A stretch of 13,126 bases of DNA from NCBI GenBank assembly GCA_043228905.1, contig JBHGNT010000993.1, positions 1 through 13,126 of the forward strand, read 5' to 3'. How positions within the stretch are numbered: the first letter of the stretch is position 1; every line of letters starts with the position of its first letter. Both the position numbers and the translations under genes were made by a program. Shown here piece after piece: positions 10,101-13,126 of the stretch. The stretch is from Azolla caroliniana (taxonomy: Eukaryota > Plantae > Polypodiophyta). The notes under the pieces were generated by a model, which was given only the letters and a program-made list of their open reading frames with translations, was not told where the DNA came from and searched no databases.

Positions 10101-11391
10101 GATTTTTTAATTCCATATCATAGCTAGCGTTGCTAGCTTCGATTTGCATGGTTGAACAGAAAAATCCGATATCACACGAGCCAGGTATGAACATTTTAAT
10201 TTACTCAAGGGCTCCTCTCAACTCCCTCCTCAAGTTTGCTATTTTCGTCATGTCTCTCGACCTGAGTTTCAAAATCTTGATTTTTTAATTCCATATCATA
10301 GCTAGCGTTGTTTGCTTCGATTTGCATGATTGAACACAAAAATCCGATATCACACGAGCCAGGTATGAACATTTTAATTTACCTACTAGCTCTTCTCAAC
10401 TCCCTCCTCAAGTTTGCTATTTTCGTCATGTCTCTCGACCTGAGTTTCAAAATCTTGATTTTTTAATTCCATATCATAGCTAGCGTTGTTTGCTTCGATT
10501 TGCATGATTGAACACAAAAATCCGATATCACACGAGCCAGGTATGAACATTTTAATTTACCTACTAGCTCTTCTCAACTCCCTCCTCAAGTTTGCTATTT
10601 TCGTCATGTCTCTCGACCTGAGTTTCAAAATCTTGATTTTTTAATTCCATATCATAGCTAGCGTTGTTTGCTTCGATTGGCATGATTGAACACAAAAATC
10701 CGATATCACACGAGCCCGGTATGAACATTTTAATTTACCTACTAGCTCTTCTCAACTCCCTCCTCAAGTTTGCTATTTTCGTCATGTCTCTCGACCTGAG
10801 TTTCAAAATCTTGATTTTTTAATTCCATATCATAGCTAGCGTTGTTTGCTTCGATTTGCATGATTGAACACAAAAATCCGATATCACACGAGCCAGGTAT
10901 GAACATTTTCATTTACCTACTAGCTCTTCTCAACTGCCTCCTCAAGTTTGCTATTTTCCTCATGTCTCTCGACCTGAGTTTCAAAATCTTGATTTTTTAA
11001 TTCCATATCATAGCTAGCGTTGCTAGCTTCGATTTGCATGATTGAACACAAAAATCCGATATCACACGAGCCCGGTATGAACATTTTAATTTACCTACTA
11101 GCTCTTCTCAACTCCCTCCTCAGGTTTGCTATTTTCGTCATGTCTCTCGACCTGAGTTTCAAAATCTTGTTTTTTTAATTCCATATCATAGGTAGCGTTG
11201 TTAGCTTCGATTTGCATGGTTGAACACAAAAATCCGATATCACACGAGCCCGGTATGAACATTTTAATTTACCTACTAGCTCTTCTCAACTCCCTCCTCA
11301 AGTTTGCTATTTTCGTCATGTCTCTCGACCTGAGTTTCAAAATCCTGATTTTTTAATTCCATATCATAGCTAGCGTTGCTAGCTTCGATTT
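7120..11391. repeat. 12-monomer higher-order repeat (2136 bp), two tandem copies (7120-9255 and 9256-11391)
   Basis: Rare variants recur in the same order 2136 bp apart: TTTGAAAA in M42/M54, TAGCCTTG in M43/M55, AATACGA in M44/M56, CAGAAAAA in M46/M58, CTCAGGT in M51/M63. By eye only 4 differences: 7822-7823, 10936 and 11251. Confidence 0.93.
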
Positions 11392-12281
11392 GCATGGTTG
11401 AACACAAAAATCCGATATCACACGAGCCAGGTATGAACATTTTAATTTACCTACTAGCTCTTCTCAACTCCCTCCTCAAGTTTGCTATTTTCGTCATGTC
11501 TCTCGACCTGAGTTTCAAAATCTTCTTTTTTTAATTCCATATCATAGCTAGCGTTGTTTGCTTCGATTTGCATGATTGAACACAAAAATCCGATATCACA
11601 CGAGCCAGGTATGAACATTTTAATTTACCTACTAGCTCTTCTCAACTCCCTCCTCAAGTTTGCTATTTTCGTCATGTCTCTCGACCTGAGTTTCAAAATC
11701 TTGATTTTTTAATTCCATATCATAGCTAGCGTTGTTTGCTTCGATTTGCATGATTGAACACAAAAATCCGATATCACACGAGCCAGGTATGAACATTTTC
11801 ATTTACCTACTAGCTCTTCTCAACTCCCTCCTCAAGTTTGCTATTTTCCTCATGTCTCTCGACCTGAGTTTCAAAATCTTGATTTTTTAATTCCATATCA
11901 TAGCTAGCGTTGCTAGCTTCGATTTGCATGATTGAACACAAAAATCCGATATCACACAAGCCCGGTATGAACATTTTAATTTACCTACTAGCTCTTCTCA
12001 ACTCCCTCCTCAGGTTTGCTATTTTCGTCATGTCTCTCGACCTGAGTTTCAAAATCTTGTTTTTTTAATTCCATATCATAGGTAGCGTTGTTAGCTTCGA
12101 TTTGCATGATTGAACACAGAAATCCGATATCACACGAGCCAGGTATGAACATTTTAATTTACCTACTAGCTCTTCTCAACTCCCTCCTCAAGTTTGCTAT
12201 TTTCGTCATGTCTCTCGACCTGAGTTTCAAAATCTTGATTTTTTAATTCTATATCATAGCTAGCGTTGCTAGCTTCGATTT

Positions 12282-13126
12282 GCATGGTTGAACACAAAAA
12301 TCCGATATCACACGAGCCAGGTATGAACATTTTAATTTACCTACTAGCTCTTCTCAACTCCCTCCTCAAGTTTGCTATTTTCGTCATGTCTCTCGACCTG
12401 AGTTTCAAAATCCTGATTTTTTAATTCCATATCATAGCTAGCGTTGCTAGCTTCGATTTGCATGGTTGAACACAAAAATCCGATATCACACGAGCCAGGT
12501 ATGAACATTTTAATTTACCTACTAGCTCTTCTCAACTCCCTCCTCAAGTTTGCTATTTTCGTCATGTCTCTCGACCTGAGTTTCAAAATCCTGATTTTTT
12601 AATTCCATATCATAGCTAGCGTTGCTAGCTTCGATTTGCATGGTTGAACACAAAAATCCGATATCACACGAGCCAGGTATGAACATTTTAATTTACCTAC
12701 TAGCTCTTCTCAACTCCCTCCTCAAGTTTGCTATTTTCGTCATGTCTCTCGACCTGAGTTTCAAAATCCTGATTTTTTAATTCCATATCATAGCTAGCGT
12801 TGCTAGCTTCGATTTGCATGGTTGAACACAAAAATCCGATATCACACGAGCCAGGTATGAACATTTTAATTTACCTACTAGCTCTTCTCAACTCCCTCCT
12901 CAAGTTTGCTATTTTCGTCATGTCTCTCGACCTGAGTTTCAAAATCCTGATTTTTTAATTCCATATCATAGCTAGCGTTGCTAGCTTCGATTTGCATGGT
13001 TGAACACAAAAATCCGATATCACACGAGCCAGGTATGAACATTTTAATTTACCTACTAGCTCTTCTCAACTCCCTCCTCAAGTTTGCTATTTTCGTCATG
13101 TCTCTCGACCTGAGTTTCAAAATCTT
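12282..13126. repeat. Run of identical monomers (M70-M73 plus near-identical partial M74)
   Basis: Four consecutive monomers carry the same GCATGGTT / ATCCTGA / GTTGCTAGC haplotype. Elsewhere this haplotype occurs singly or in pairs (M10-11, M26-27, M41, M52-53). Confidence 0.88.

Larger units (their letters stand above)
1..13126. repeat. Tandem satellite DNA array, 178-bp monomer, ~73.7 copies, all in one orientation; probably eukaryotic centromeric/heterochromatic satellite (family unassigned)
   Basis: GCATG-starting units recur at 1, 179, 357, 535 ... 3205 (period 178), then 3380 and 3560, and again every 178 bp to 12994. Approximate consensus: GCATGATTGAACACAAAAATCCGATATCACACGAGCCAGGTATGAACATTTTAATTTACCTACTAGCTCTTCTCAACTCCCTCCTCAAGTTTGCTATTTTCGTCATGTCTCTCGACCTGAGTTTCAAAATCTTGATTTTTTAATTCCATATCATAGCTAGCGTTGYTWGCTTCGATTT. 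The array runs off both window ends. The repeat is directly seen; the centromeric role is inference from monomer size and organisation. Confidence 0.99.

Noticed and set aside
1-13126. CRISPR array or other repeat-spacer system
   Set aside because: The whole 178-bp unit repeats. There are no unique spacers, leader or cas genes, and variable sites are recurrent SNP alleles.
1-13126. Transposon insertion or array-scale strand inversion
   Set aside because: The monomer register is continuous in one orientation from end to end. No foreign sequence, target-site duplication or terminal repeat was seen.

Overview
The whole 13,126-bp window is one uninterrupted head-to-tail tandem satellite array. 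It has a 178-bp monomer (~37% GC by hand count), with 73 complete monomers plus a 133-bp partial copy; I number them M1-M74 from the GCATG at position 1. There are no credible genes, RNA genes, mobile elements or CRISPR arrays, and the single listed ORF is a chance product of one stop-removing substitution. Monomer length and homogeneity are typical of eukaryotic (peri)centromeric or heterochromatic satellite DNA, but I cannot name the family or organism. The informative signal is internal. There is a tandem 12-monomer higher-order repeat (2136 bp), a ~2-kb duplication at a 16-monomer offset, shuffled smaller modules, a minor subfamily defined by a 6-substitution block, and a divergent island (2749-3565) holding the only indels. 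One of these indels is a replacement that is an inverted copy of another part of the same monomer, resembling a templated repair scar. I found no evidence for a novel protein-coding system. All comparisons were made by eye.
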